A DNA stretch of 64,000 nt from a bacterium (GCA_963662285.2 CAXXMV010000006.1:1728001-1792000); one strand, 5' to 3'; positions 19,451 to 28,861 are shown, counted from the stretch's first letter. Program-made: numbers and translations. The notes: generated by a model not told the origin, from the letters alone.

Positions 19451-20908
19451 TTAATGAAGTTCCCAATTCGATACAGACGTAGTTTGTTTCAGTGGATTAG
19501 CCAGAACTGTGAAAAAGGTTTGTTCTGCCGCCGATAAGTCAGAGACGCCCTCGTCCCAGGTCAAACCGTTCGCAGCAATAACAATATGCTGATTGTTCAT
19601 AGTCACATTAGGTTCATGTGACCTGTAACCAAATACTTCTGTATCCAGGCCATCATGATACTGGAAAGCAAAGAATGAAGGCGTGACTGGTTCCATGTCG
19701 CTGTTGAAGATTCGAGCAATGGTCTGTTCCGTACCAGTTGTGCTGGTATCATCGAATACTACGCAGATATTGTCGAATTCGTCACATGCGACTTCGGAGC
19801 GTACGAAAGAATTGAACATGAAATCTGTTTCATTAACGAAAATCTCATTTACCCCTTGAAGATCATCGCCGCTGGTAGTCGCTACGGCGTTGAAACGGGA
19901 AAGAACAACATCGCCTGCTGCGTCTTTACCAGCAAAGTAAACGAAATCGCTGTTAATGTTTGAGCCTATCCGGACATCATCGCCGCGTCCTGTATCCGCG
20001 ATAGTAGAGAAGGCGCCCTGCTCGAAGAAATAACGCAGGCTGCCATCATTGTTGTATACGGAAAAAATAGCTTCAGAACGGACTACAAAACCACCGTTAA
20101 AAGCAGCTACATTCGACCAGATGCTATGCGCGCCTTCGTCGCCGGCGGCATTCCAGGGTTCTTTGATGACTGCGCCTGTTTCGCCATTGAAGATAGTGGC
20201 TACAGCGCCATTACCAGCTGTTACGATGTTTTTGGAACGGTCTTCAATGCAGGTTAATATGTTGCCATTGGACAGGAAGCGCATATCGCCGCCATAACGC
20301 ATTTGCTGGCCGCCTTGTGATCCGGTATTCTCATAAGCTTGATATATTGGATCGAAACAGTTAGTAATCGGGACCGGGCCAGCAGCAGTTTTATTGTAAA
20401 TCTGTACTGCGCCCACGCAGTGATCATAACCATAACCTAAATACCAGCGGTCGCCGGAATTGAACTCATCGTACAGATAAGGCGTAGATTCCATACCAAC
20501 GATATAATGGGTTCCACCAGGTCGCCGGTCTGCTGCTACACGCGCCGGGTTGCCATCTTGCCGTTTTTCGTTAAATGGACCAGTCCAAGGTTCTCCTGCA
20601 TCTGTATAGAATGCCCAGAACTCCTGCACTTCGCCAGTTAGAGGATCTGCAAAAGCTACCTTGGCATTCATTCCTGCTTCTTCAGCCGGATGTGTGTTCG
20701 CGGTTACGATGATAGTTCCATCACCGAAAATATCGGTGAATGGTTCCCAGTATGATAAATTGGCATCGATAGATTGAAAAATCCATGTGTCAGGTATAAT
20801 GACTTCAATGCCAGCCGCTTCGGTATTAACCGGAAGATCTTGAGCGACCACGCTAGAAACGCTAAAAACAAACAAACATGATAAACACAAGAATGCTATT
20901 CTCCGCAT
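19451..20908 (-). CDS. Secreted acidic protein of unknown function, C-terminus NPLKQTTSVSNWELH; paralog of 14543-15994
   Basis: Signal peptide MRRIAFLCLSCLFVFSVSSVVA; SD aggag; colinear similarity to 14543-15994. Confidence 0.85.
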   Translation of the reverse strand: MRRIAFLCLSCLFVFSVSSVVAQDLPVNTEAAGIEVIIPDTWIFQSIDANLSYWEPFTDIFGDGTIIVTANTHPAEEAGMNAKVAFADPLTGEVQEFWAFYTDAGEPWTGPFNEKRQDGNPARVAADRRPGGTHYIVGMESTPYLYDEFNSGDRWYLGYGYDHCVGAVQIYNKTAAGPVPITNCFDPIYQAYENTGSQGGQQMRYGGDMRFLSNGNILTCIEDRSKNIVTAGNGAVATIFNGETGAVIKEPWNAAGDEGAHSIWSNVAAFNGGFVVRSEAIFSVYNNDGSLRYFFEQGAFSTIADTGRGDDVRIGSNINSDFVYFAGKDAAGDVVLSRFNAVATTSGDDLQGVNEIFVNETDFMFNSFVRSEVACDEFDNICVVFDDTSTTGTEQTIARIFNSDMEPVTPSFFAFQYHDGLDTEVFGYRSHEPNVTMNNQHIVIAANGLTWDEGVSDLSAAEQTFFTVLANPLKQTTSVSNWELH

Positions 20909-21000
20909 AATTATATTCTCCTATAACAGAATAAATTCACACCTTTAGGAACAACATGAGTTTTATTTTTTTCATAATATATTCTTCGATAAATAATTAT

Positions 21001-21009
21001 CCTCCTTTC
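21001..21009 (-). promoter_or_regulatory. Orphan Shine-Dalgarno GAAAGGAGG in the 5' leader, 93 nt upstream of the start
   Basis: cctcctttc on the + strand; equivalent position to 16080-16088. Confidence 0.5.
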
Positions 21010-21138
21010 TCTTTTGGTCTGTAAAATAGTTCAATTGACCGATTATATTATTATAATACAAAAGAAAAATCATGATTTCTACGGCGTATGCGAAAAAAAA
21101 CATAATTTAATGGATTGAATTGAGAGAGTTAGAGTGGT

Positions 21139-21247
21139 TATAGCGGTTAAAAAAAATATGCGTATTAAAAACAATGCGATTGTTAAAAGTCCCATTTTGG
21201 GGACTTTTAACAATCGCATTGACGCACGTTATTTTTGAATCGTTCTA
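21139..21247. mobile_element. MITE-like element family A (inverted relative to 1716-1828)
   Basis: TATAGCGGTTAA...AATCGTTCTA with long internal palindrome caatgcgattgttaaaagtccc-attttg-gggacttttaacaatcgcattg. Confidence 0.7.
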
Positions 21248-21295
21248 ACATTGTTCATATTCGCATAGCGAAAAAATTGAAAAATATGTAATTTT

Positions 21296-21793
21296 TTACT
21301 TGGCAGTAACTGGAATAACAATATCTACAATACATTTTCCCTCTGGATGTTCTTTTGGATTATTATGATAAATTTCATAACAAAGACGGTTGTCAAATTG
21401 ATATCCACTATCAGGCAGCCAACCACCTATGACCGAGTTCCAGGCGTTCTCGTATTCATTATCCTTCAGTTCGAACCTTGCTACGGCGAACTTACCGCCT
21501 GGGATAGTCATTTGACCTATTTCACCGTCAACTTCGGTTCCTTCAGGAACAGTTATGCATACGCTTAAGCGCAGTTTGCTCGGATCAGTGGTATTTGGAT
21601 CATCATGATACACTGAGATACACTGAGTTTCGGGGAAACAGAGCAGGTTTTTTGGTCCGGCCCATGACATAAGTTTGCCAAACAGATTCTCAAATAATTT
21701 TGCATCTCCTTTATACTGTCCTACATGCCGAATATATGCAGTATTTAGTTCCGGCATGTTTTTAACTTTGATATTTCCATGATTATCAGGCAT
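21296..21793 (-). CDS. Stand-alone GyrI-like small-molecule-binding domain protein (AraC effector-binding domain without HTH)
   Basis: AYIRHVGQY, YHDDPNTT...LRLSVCITVP, GGKFAV, WLPDSGYQ...CYEIYHNNP; SD ggagg. Confidence 0.88.
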   Translation of the reverse strand: MPDNHGNIKVKNMPELNTAYIRHVGQYKGDAKLFENLFGKLMSWAGPKNLLCFPETQCISVYHDDPNTTDPSKLRLSVCITVPEGTEVDGEIGQMTIPGGKFAVARFELKDNEYENAWNSVIGGWLPDSGYQFDNRLCYEIYHNNPKEHPEGKCIVDIVIPVTAK

Positions 21794-21922
21794 TTTGATC
21801 CCTCCATTTTAGTTTTTAATCAAATCCAAATGATTATTGCACTTATGTTCATATAAAGCAAGTGGTGTATGGTGAAAATTTGATTAGTAATGTAATGATT
21901 ATCTAAAATAATAGGTTGAAAC

Positions 21923-22014
21923 TAATTAAATTCTCAATATTATTATCCACCTCATACTTTAACCTGGTCTATTCCTTATCTTTCAATACGTATAAAATCA
22001 TATTAACCGCTATA
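21923..22014. mobile_element. Degenerate copy of MITE family A (right end tttcaatacg...ttaaccgctata)
   Basis: attctcaatatta (~21930) and the terminal 34 bp match 1716-1828. Confidence 0.5.
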
Positions 22015-22101
22015 TAATCACGTTTTGAAAAGACAATAATAACGTTATTATACAAATCTCTCTATTAGAGTTTATGATGTTGTTGTAACGGTTATCTATT
22101 T

Positions 22102-23514
22102 ATGAACACTTCATTTACTTATTTGTTTTTGCAATCGATTAAAGAAGCCCTGAGCAGACAATGCAATTTGCACAGAAGATATAACCGTATCCTTATCGCC
22201 TGTTCGGGCGGGGCTGATTCGGTGGTTTTGCTCTATTCGTTGGCTCAATTAAGTGATGAATTGAACTTTAATTTACATGTATGTCACGTTAATCATGGAT
22301 TAAGAGGTAAGGAATCGGATGCAGATGAAGTATTTGTGATTGATTTGGCCAATCGGCTGGATATTCCGTTCAGCGTGGAGCGTTTCAGCCCGGAGGAAGT
22401 AGAGCATACCAAACAAGGGAACCTGGAGGAATGCGCCAGGCACATCCGATACGTTAAATTGAACGAAGCGGCCATAAAGTTCAATTGTACGCATATCGCC
22501 ACAGGGCATACTCAAAGCGATCAGGCGGAGACTGTTTTGCATCGGATTCTACGTTCAACGGGTTCCACTGGTCTTTGCGGCATTCTTCCATTCAGGAATG
22601 ACCTTGGCGTTCCGGTGATTCGACCGCTTTTGTCTGTCGGCAGGGATAAAGTGATACGCTATGCTAAAGAAGTCAATCTTGACTATCGGATGGATTCCAT
22701 GAATCATGATGACCATTTTACCCGCGTACGCATCAGGAATAATTTACTGCCCAAATTACGTGATGAATATAATCCCAACATTGATGAAGCGCTGTCACGT
22801 CTCGCATCTATTGCGCAAGATGATGAAGCTTTCTGGAAGGCTTATGTTGAAAATCTTGAACTTAGGGTTGGATTGGCCACTTCTGATGTTCCGGGAGATC
22901 GCAAACGCTTCCTGCATTTATCCAACGCAGAACGCAGCCGCTTACTGCGTAGATATTGCCAGATTAGAAATATTGAACCTTCCTGGAGGCAAATAGAAGA
23001 CGCCCTGAATCTATTGGTTGGCGAACGTCCCCAGGCGGAAATTCATCTGAATGCTAATCACCGGCTTTACCGACGGTATGATGATTTTTATTTCGCCCCT
23101 CCTCTCGATCTTCATGAGAATAACAAAGAGTACAATATTGAGATTCCCGGACAGACAGATATCCCCGAATTAGGCATACGGACTATTTCAGTTATCATGC
23201 CAGTTGAGCAACACCGTATAAAACCTCTGGAGGTTCATACGGTGGAGTTCGACGCCGAAAAGGTCATGTTTCCGGTTGTGATACGAACCCGGAGAGAAGG
23301 GGATGTGATTCGCCCGTTTGGCATGGGCGGTTCTAAGAAGATTAAAAAGGTTATGCAAGAAAATCATATTTCACTTGAGCAGCGCGATAAAATTCCACTG
23401 CTATGTTTCGATGAAGACATAGCTTGGATAGCTGGTCTATGCGTATCAGATACTTACTGCATTGAAGCAAACACCAAAAAAGTCCTTCTAATATCAATTC
23501 ATCCTTTATCCTGA
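22102..23514 (+). CDS. tilS: tRNA(Ile)-lysidine synthetase
   Basis: ACSGGADS PP-loop, HVNHGLRG, ATGHTQSDQAET, RPLL, RVRIRN; C-terminal TilS domain. Confidence 0.96.
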   Translation: MNTSFTYLFLQSIKEALSRQCNLHRRYNRILIACSGGADSVVLLYSLAQLSDELNFNLHVCHVNHGLRGKESDADEVFVIDLANRLDIPFSVERFSPEEVEHTKQGNLEECARHIRYVKLNEAAIKFNCTHIATGHTQSDQAETVLHRILRSTGSTGLCGILPFRNDLGVPVIRPLLSVGRDKVIRYAKEVNLDYRMDSMNHDDHFTRVRIRNNLLPKLRDEYNPNIDEALSRLASIAQDDEAFWKAYVENLELRVGLATSDVPGDRKRFLHLSNAERSRLLRRYCQIRNIEPSWRQIEDALNLLVGERPQAEIHLNANHRLYRRYDDFYFAPPLDLHENNKEYNIEIPGQTDIPELGIRTISVIMPVEQHRIKPLEVHTVEFDAEKVMFPVVIRTRREGDVIRPFGMGGSKKIKKVMQENHISLEQRDKIPLLCFDEDIAWIAGLCVSDTYCIEANTKKVLLISIHPLS

Positions 23515-23706
23515 TAATGTGGTTTATCTCAATGTTGTTATATTTAATTAAAACAATTGTTTATGTATTTATTGGAGTGTTTGGGCATATTTTTTTTACT
23601 CAATGAATTGATAAGTCTGTCGATAAAGTAAATTGTAGGATTTGCAAAAGACTAATAGTTTGATTCAAGGTAGTTTGTAACATTTTATCTATTTTATAAT
23701 TGGGTT

Positions 23707-23777
23707 TAGAGCGGTTGTGAAAATGATGTTCACAAGATGAACTTTGAATAAGTGAACCTATTTTTACAAGCCACTCT
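23707..23777. repeat. ~70-bp imperfect palindrome/MITE-like element upstream of the TPR-like gene
   Basis: tagagcggttgtgaaaat..gttcac / gtgaac..atttttacaagccactct. Confidence 0.5.
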
Positions 23778-23809
23778 GTCACGAGGAGCGTTGAAGGAGG
23801 TAAACAAGG

Positions 23810-24265
23810 ATGTTTGCTTGGTTAGATATTGATTTATTCGAGAAACAATTAATGGATGAGTTACTGACAACGGCGTTAGAGTGGTGCGATTATGAGTTCG
23901 CTATAGAAATCCTTGAGAAATCGAATAGTCCGATGAACAAGGATTTGTCAAAGCAAACTGTATTCACCAAACTGCATTTGCTGGGAATCATTTATGAACG
24001 TCAGAACTTGTTAACCCTCGCCGAAAAGATCTATGGTCGCGCACTTTCCTGCATCGTAGATGAAATCTGTTTCGATCCTGTGGAAATTTCACTTTTCCTT
24101 AAGAACTATTCATCCTGTCTGCGAAAACTGAACATGGATGATCTGGCAGACGGATTCGAAACTGTTGTAGAAACCTATAGTTACAGTTGCTATAACAATT
24201 TTTTACCGCTGATGCGGTCGAATGTGATTAATGATTATCCCGAAACAGTGGCTAATGTAGCGTAA
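23810..24265 (+). CDS. Hypothetical TPR-like protein
   Basis: SD aaggagg; LHLLGIIYERQNLLTLAEKIYGRAL...LKNYSSCLRKL resembles a TPR pair. Confidence 0.65.
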   Translation: MFAWLDIDLFEKQLMDELLTTALEWCDYEFAIEILEKSNSPMNKDLSKQTVFTKLHLLGIIYERQNLLTLAEKIYGRALSCIVDEICFDPVEISLFLKNYSSCLRKLNMDDLADGFETVVETYSYSCYNNFLPLMRSNVINDYPETVANVA

Positions 24266-24305
24266 CTTTGGATTTTCATTAAAGACTCTCCGTATATTAA
24301 TTATT

Positions 24306-24333
24306 GGGGCGAACAACGCGTTCGCCCCTTTTT
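24306..24333 (+). terminator. Hairpin terminator/REP
   Basis: ggggcgaac-aacgc-gttcgcccc followed by a T-run. Confidence 0.7.
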
Positions 24334-24433
24334 GCGTTTAAATCTAATATCCTTGGATTTGGGATCATCAACAAGGTTTCCACAGTTAGGGCAGTTATCA
24401 GAAATATGGTTCAAGACGGATTTTCTCTTTTTT

Positions 24434-24522
24434 TGTCTAAATCATGATGCCCAGGATGAAAGGATGCTCATGATGAAAAATCCTGAGTATCCTGCTAATC
24501 CGGGGTATCCAGATTCAGATAT
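24434..24522. repeat. Palindromic REP-like element (tctaaatcatgat..caggat..ggat / aatcctg..atcctg..aatcc..gattcaga)
   Basis: Repeated GGAT/ATCC arms forming an imperfect long hairpin; explains the spurious ORF 24332-24529. Confidence 0.55.
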
Positions 24523-24584
24523 TTTTTAACCAGCGCTCCATTCTTATCAGAACCACTCCATCGTTTGCAGCCGTGAAGCGATGC

Positions 24585-24625
24585 ATCAAGGGCTGCAAAC
24601 ATTGCGATCTTGCCCTTGGCGCCCG
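24585..24625 (+). repeat. 41-bp direct repeat, copy 1 (copy 2 at 27364-27404)
   Basis: atcaagggctg....cattgcg.tcttgcccttg.c.cccg; 34/41 identical by manual alignment. Confidence 0.7.
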
Positions 24626-24637
24626 GCATATCGGTTT

Positions 24638-25372
24638 TTAACAAATTGGAAAAATTCTATTGGGGATCAGCATTGGCGCTTTGCTTTGATAATCCTGGTA
24701 GGATTCACCAAAAGCGTTTAGCAAGTCGTTTTCTTCTAACTTTGTTGCCATGATTATCCACACAGTAAACATAAGATTGAATAATACCCGGTCATAAGTC
24801 AGTTCTGGATAGGACCAGATTATTAGAATACTGAATGTATATAGTGGATGCCGGACCCATCGGTATGGGCCTCGAATAGTGAATGGCATTTCCAATGTTT
24901 TTTTATGGAGAAGACGATCCAGGATAGGAGTAAATCCAAAAGGATCAAACGCTCCCAGCGCCTGAAAACCCCAAAGAATTCCTATACCGGAAAGACATAG
25001 AACAATGTGGAATAACCAACGGAAAAGTCCTGTTGGCGAGAACAATGCATCCGGCGATTCTTGCCAAAAAAACACTAGAACTAATAAAATCAAACCAGAG
25101 GCAATTGCATAAAATGCATTATCATAGATTGGTGGAATCCAACGCGCCAACCTTTGCCGGAATGATTTTCTAACCATCCCGCTATGCTGAACAAAAAAAG
25201 CACAGCAAAGAAACGCATCAAAGCAAAGAATTGCTGAATTACTCAATCCTATGTCAACAAAATTGAATGATCCGAAAATAAGAAAGATTCCAAATAAAAG
25301 CAACGAACCTGTACCTAAAATGAACGCAAAGCCAAGCATTACATAGTCTATCCATCTCCTTTTAATGGACAT
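24638..25372 (-). CDS. Isoprenylcysteine carboxylmethyltransferase family membrane protein (MddA/NnrU-like)
   Basis: FFVQHSGMVR, GPYRWVRHPLY, LEENDLLNAFGESYQDYQSKAPMLIP. Confidence 0.85.
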   Translation of the reverse strand: MSIKRRWIDYVMLGFAFILGTGSLLLFGIFLIFGSFNFVDIGLSNSAILCFDAFLCCAFFVQHSGMVRKSFRQRLARWIPPIYDNAFYAIASGLILLVLVFFWQESPDALFSPTGLFRWLFHIVLCLSGIGILWGFQALGAFDPFGFTPILDRLLHKKTLEMPFTIRGPYRWVRHPLYTFSILIIWSYPELTYDRVLFNLMFTVWIIMATKLEENDLLNAFGESYQDYQSKAPMLIPNRIFPIC

Positions 25373-25452
25373 TATCAGATTCCTTTCACACTCAGTTTTT
25401 CATCGGGCTGTTCTTGATGCTATCACTTATGTTGTCGGAATCCCTCAATGAT

Positions 25453-27270
25453 TCAATTCAATTCAATCTTAGAACCAAGAGACATGTTGTCCTCTCTTTG
25501 AAACCAGGCGTAGACATTGCCTTTAAGTATCAGAATGTCTAGTAAAAGCATCTGTGGAGTCATTCGGATTACCAGATAATCTTGATTAGGAAACTCTGAT
25601 TGGAATTGTAACGGCAATGATTTGCGCAATAATCCCATTCTTGGTTGAGCGCCGTATTTTTGACTAATATTATTCTTGTAAAATAGTTTGCCCGGATCAT
25701 GATCCTTTTTCGGGCCGACTATGGCGATATTCAATTCACTGGCGGCGATAGGATAAACCACATCTATCAGAAAGAAATGCGGTAAGTCTTTATAATTGGA
25801 TGCATTGATGGGTTGGAAGATTTTGGCTGGATCAGAACCTGATTTAACGGCAAAGGCTTTTATGTCACGTCCATCCGGTAACTGAAAATCAACTAATTCA
25901 CCTTCTCCCAGATACACCATATCAGAATCCTGTAAATTCATTTTTTTAACCTGGCGCATTGATGAAAACGAATCATTAAGACGCTCAACTAATACAGGCC
26001 GGAACAGATATATCATCCCGATATTAATCATTACAATTATTATTATGAATAGATTGATCCATGAAAAACTTAGAGATATGTATCTTTTAACTGGTATTGA
26101 GAGGCTGGCGTTATTGTCCGTATAAGACTCGTCTGGTTTTTGGAAGAATGAAATCCCCTGGCGCCTCAATAAGCAATAAATTAGGAAAGTCAAAATGACG
26201 CCGCCTATGAATATCTGCGGTGAAAGCATATTCAATAAAATGGCGCAGACCAAAATTATGTAGTAATGGATGGATTTCAACTGTTGAGAGGCTCTTAAGG
26301 CGAGTCCACCCCATATCAGGAAGACCGGGAAGGTGTAAAACATCAGTCTTTCGACCATCAGTGCATAAAATATCTGCGACCAGATGCAGATCAGGTATAG
26401 ACCCAATGCTTTTTGCTTCCTGGATGCTCCGATAAAACCGATTATGGCCAAAGGCGCTATGGATTGGAAGCCGCCGCATAGTGATTGCAATGATAATATA
26501 CGACGCAGGCGTTCCGGCTCCAGCCAGAGTTTCTTGATTTCTTCAATATAGTATTGATCAAACCGTTTGAAACCTGAATCGATGGCATATAACTGCTCGG
26601 CTAAATGGTTGATGTACGCTGTGTCGCTAAGGGAAAATAGCAAGAAACGGGTTATAAAAAACGCCAGTAAGGCTGCGGCGCTCAATGCCAATGTGCGGCC
26701 TATGGCCTGGAATGCATACCAGCGCTGATGTTTGGCGAAATGATAAACTGGAATCAGGAATAGCGAAGTTTCACGGTTTAATACTCCCACCAGTAAACTG
26801 AAGGCGAACAGGCGGTCATTGTTAGACAATATGGATAATATGCTTAATTCTATAAAGAAGAATGATAGTGGATCGACGTGGATGTAATAGTATAGACTGT
26901 CATGAAATCCCGGATTGGATAACAAGGCGCTTAAGATGGCGATGCTGGTTAACTTGTTGCATCCAACAATACGTAAGTTTATGTAGGCCAGACAGATAGT
27001 TCCAATTATAGCGGCTAAAGTAATGCCGTAATATGCATGCGCCAGTGAAAAAGGCATCAGGTAGGCTAGCCGTGGAGTCAACAGCCTCAAACCGTGGGGG
27101 GGAGAAATAACTGACAGGGGATTAAGGGCTTGAGTGAAATATAAGTAGGGATCGCCGATCAGTTCATCCGTGGCGCCGTTTATAAATGATTGGATCAATA
27201 CAACTAGAGTTGTTACGCCAATAAGAGTTAGTATTTCACGCCGATTAGAAAAATTGAAATCCTGCTCCAT
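25453..27270 (-). CDS. Polytopic membrane protein, probable GT-C-type glycosyltransferase with a soluble C-terminal domain
   Basis: GDPYLY...PPHGLRLLTP, VDPLSFFF, GVLNRETSL pattern; ~11 TM. Confidence 0.6.
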   Translation of the reverse strand: MEQDFNFSNRREILTLIGVTTLVVLIQSFINGATDELIGDPYLYFTQALNPLSVISPPHGLRLLTPRLAYLMPFSLAHAYYGITLAAIIGTICLAYINLRIVGCNKLTSIAILSALLSNPGFHDSLYYYIHVDPLSFFFIELSILSILSNNDRLFAFSLLVGVLNRETSLFLIPVYHFAKHQRWYAFQAIGRTLALSAAALLAFFITRFLLFSLSDTAYINHLAEQLYAIDSGFKRFDQYYIEEIKKLWLEPERLRRILSLQSLCGGFQSIAPLAIIGFIGASRKQKALGLYLICIWSQIFYALMVERLMFYTFPVFLIWGGLALRASQQLKSIHYYIILVCAILLNMLSPQIFIGGVILTFLIYCLLRRQGISFFQKPDESYTDNNASLSIPVKRYISLSFSWINLFIIIIVMINIGMIYLFRPVLVERLNDSFSSMRQVKKMNLQDSDMVYLGEGELVDFQLPDGRDIKAFAVKSGSDPAKIFQPINASNYKDLPHFFLIDVVYPIAASELNIAIVGPKKDHDPGKLFYKNNISQKYGAQPRMGLLRKSLPLQFQSEFPNQDYLVIRMTPQMLLLDILILKGNVYAWFQREDNMSLGSKIELN

Positions 27271-27291
27271 ATTTCAACCCGATAATAACAA

Positions 27292-27453
27292 AGTCCCCTC
27301 TCCCGCCGGGCTAGGGTCAATATCATTAACTTAAGTGATTTTCACCTTACAATGGGTGGCTTGATCAAGGGCTGAGCGCATTGCGCTCTTGCCCTTGCCA
27401 CCCGTCTCCTGCATTTTCCCTCACCCTAACCCTCTCCCAGAGGGAGAGGGGAA
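27292..27453. repeat. REPIN-like element (cccctctccc...ccctcaccctaaccctctcccagagggagagggg) with a nested 41-bp repeat at 27364-27404
   Basis: Classic CCCTCTCCC/GGGAGAGGG REP arms. Confidence 0.7.
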
Positions 27454-27541
27454 TTGGTTCGATTCTATAAAGTTATCCAAAATCCAAGAAACTCATCCTT
27501 ATAAAAACGATCCGGCAAAACGAGTTATCAAAAATAGTAAA

Positions 27542-28861
27542 TCAAATGGTTCTAGTTATAACGGCGATAACCATTGCCATTGATCCACCGATGAAGGTAT
27601 TGAGCAGATTCATCCATTCATTATTTACTTCGATGCCTTCATCCATCCAGTGTGCTCCAATATATGATTCAGCATAGAAGCCTATCCATCCACCTATGAT
27701 GACGGCTGGAACCAGATCCAGGGGAACTGCCTTTAATGCGAAACAGATGGCGGCGAAGATAATGATGCCGATCATTCCCGCCAGGGCGCCTTCAATGGAA
27801 ACGGCGCCGACCGTTCCGGGAGGTACGCGCCTGAAGGTAGTGGGCATAAAAGGATTTTTACCTATGACCTGTCCAATTTCGCTGGAAAGAGTGTCTCCCA
27901 ATGCAGTGGCGAAGGCGGCGCAGAAGAATAATGCGCATAGCACGTCAATCCCGTCGGTGGCGCCCATAGCGATTATGGCGAATAACGCCAGTAAACAGTT
28001 GGCCACAGCATGTTTGGCGCCGCGCCGGCCTTCTTCATCCTGCGCCCCGCCGAATTTCTCTTTTTCGCGATATCCATAACGGGTGGCGATGCTTGCAAAA
28101 AGGAAGAATACCCATAAGAGCAGGTAAAAACTCCAACCCGACATACCCAGCAGCACTGTACCGATAATCAGTCCTCCAACTACTCCAGTTGAAGACACCA
28201 GACCAATTAGCCAGGCCAGCCCGGCTGCTCCTGCGTTCATCAATAAACTGAGACCCCACCATGCTCCACTTATACTGGTGGAATCCGGGCAAATATTTAT
28301 GCTCCAAAAGAGTTTTATAAAAGCGGCGCCGATCAGGGTGACCACCAGATTATCATCCCAGGGAAGAGGAATGGTTTCGTAAACCGCTGTCAAAAATGAT
28401 GCGCAAACGGCTGTCAAGATTAAGTGCTTGATAGATGGGATGGGTCCGCACCATGCCAGCAATGCGAAAGCTCCCAGGCTGGCGAAAATGGTGAAGGCAG
28501 CCATTCCTCCAAATGATTTCTGAGGATTCCAGGGGATGCGGGCGATGGGTATGCGCTTGCCGATTAGATTGGAGAAACCATCGCCGCAAGCCAGAATGGC
28601 CCAGGCGGCGCAGGCCAGATTGAGGTCATTGGGGAAAAGAATGATTAGCAGCGCTATCATCAATGGATATAGAGCGATGCCTTGTTTAATGGTTTCCTTA
28701 TCTCTGAAAAGATGCTCAGCATACTTGGGCAGCAGAAAAACATTATGTACATAGGCGCAAATAGCGAAGAAAAAAGCCCAGGGCGCTGTCACGAATGGTA
28801 AACTGAAAGCAAAAGCCAGGGAGCCGATATGAACAAACTGCCGTATATCATCCCGTTTCAT
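27542..28861 (-). CDS. Fusion of a phytol/dolichol-kinase-like (CTP-transferase family) domain and a DUF92/TMEM19 domain
   Basis: RQFVH, ILACGDGFSNLIGK...PWNPQKSFGG, DDNL (polyprenol kinase); RGAKHAVAN, ALGDTLSSEIG, VPPGTVGAVSIEG, NLLNT (DUF92). Confidence 0.85.
   Translation of the reverse strand: MKRDDIRQFVHIGSLAFAFSLPFVTAPWAFFFAICAYVHNVFLLPKYAEHLFRDKETIKQGIALYPLMIALLIILFPNDLNLACAAWAILACGDGFSNLIGKRIPIARIPWNPQKSFGGMAAFTIFASLGAFALLAWCGPIPSIKHLILTAVCASFLTAVYETIPLPWDDNLVVTLIGAAFIKLFWSINICPDSTSISGAWWGLSLLMNAGAAGLAWLIGLVSSTGVVGGLIIGTVLLGMSGWSFYLLLWVFFLFASIATRYGYREKEKFGGAQDEEGRRGAKHAVANCLLALFAIIAMGATDGIDVLCALFFCAAFATALGDTLSSEIGQVIGKNPFMPTTFRRVPPGTVGAVSIEGALAGMIGIIIFAAICFALKAVPLDLVPAVIIGGWIGFYAESYIGAHWMDEGIEVNNEWMNLLNTFIGGSMAMVIAVITRTI

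Noticed and set aside
24332-24529. 65-aa ORF ending NPEYPANPGYPDSD
   Set aside because: It is the translation of a palindromic REP-like element, with a TTG start inside a terminator T-run.
27389-27583. 64-aa ORF containing PHPNPLPEGEG
   Set aside because: This is the typical translation of a REP sequence, not a gene.
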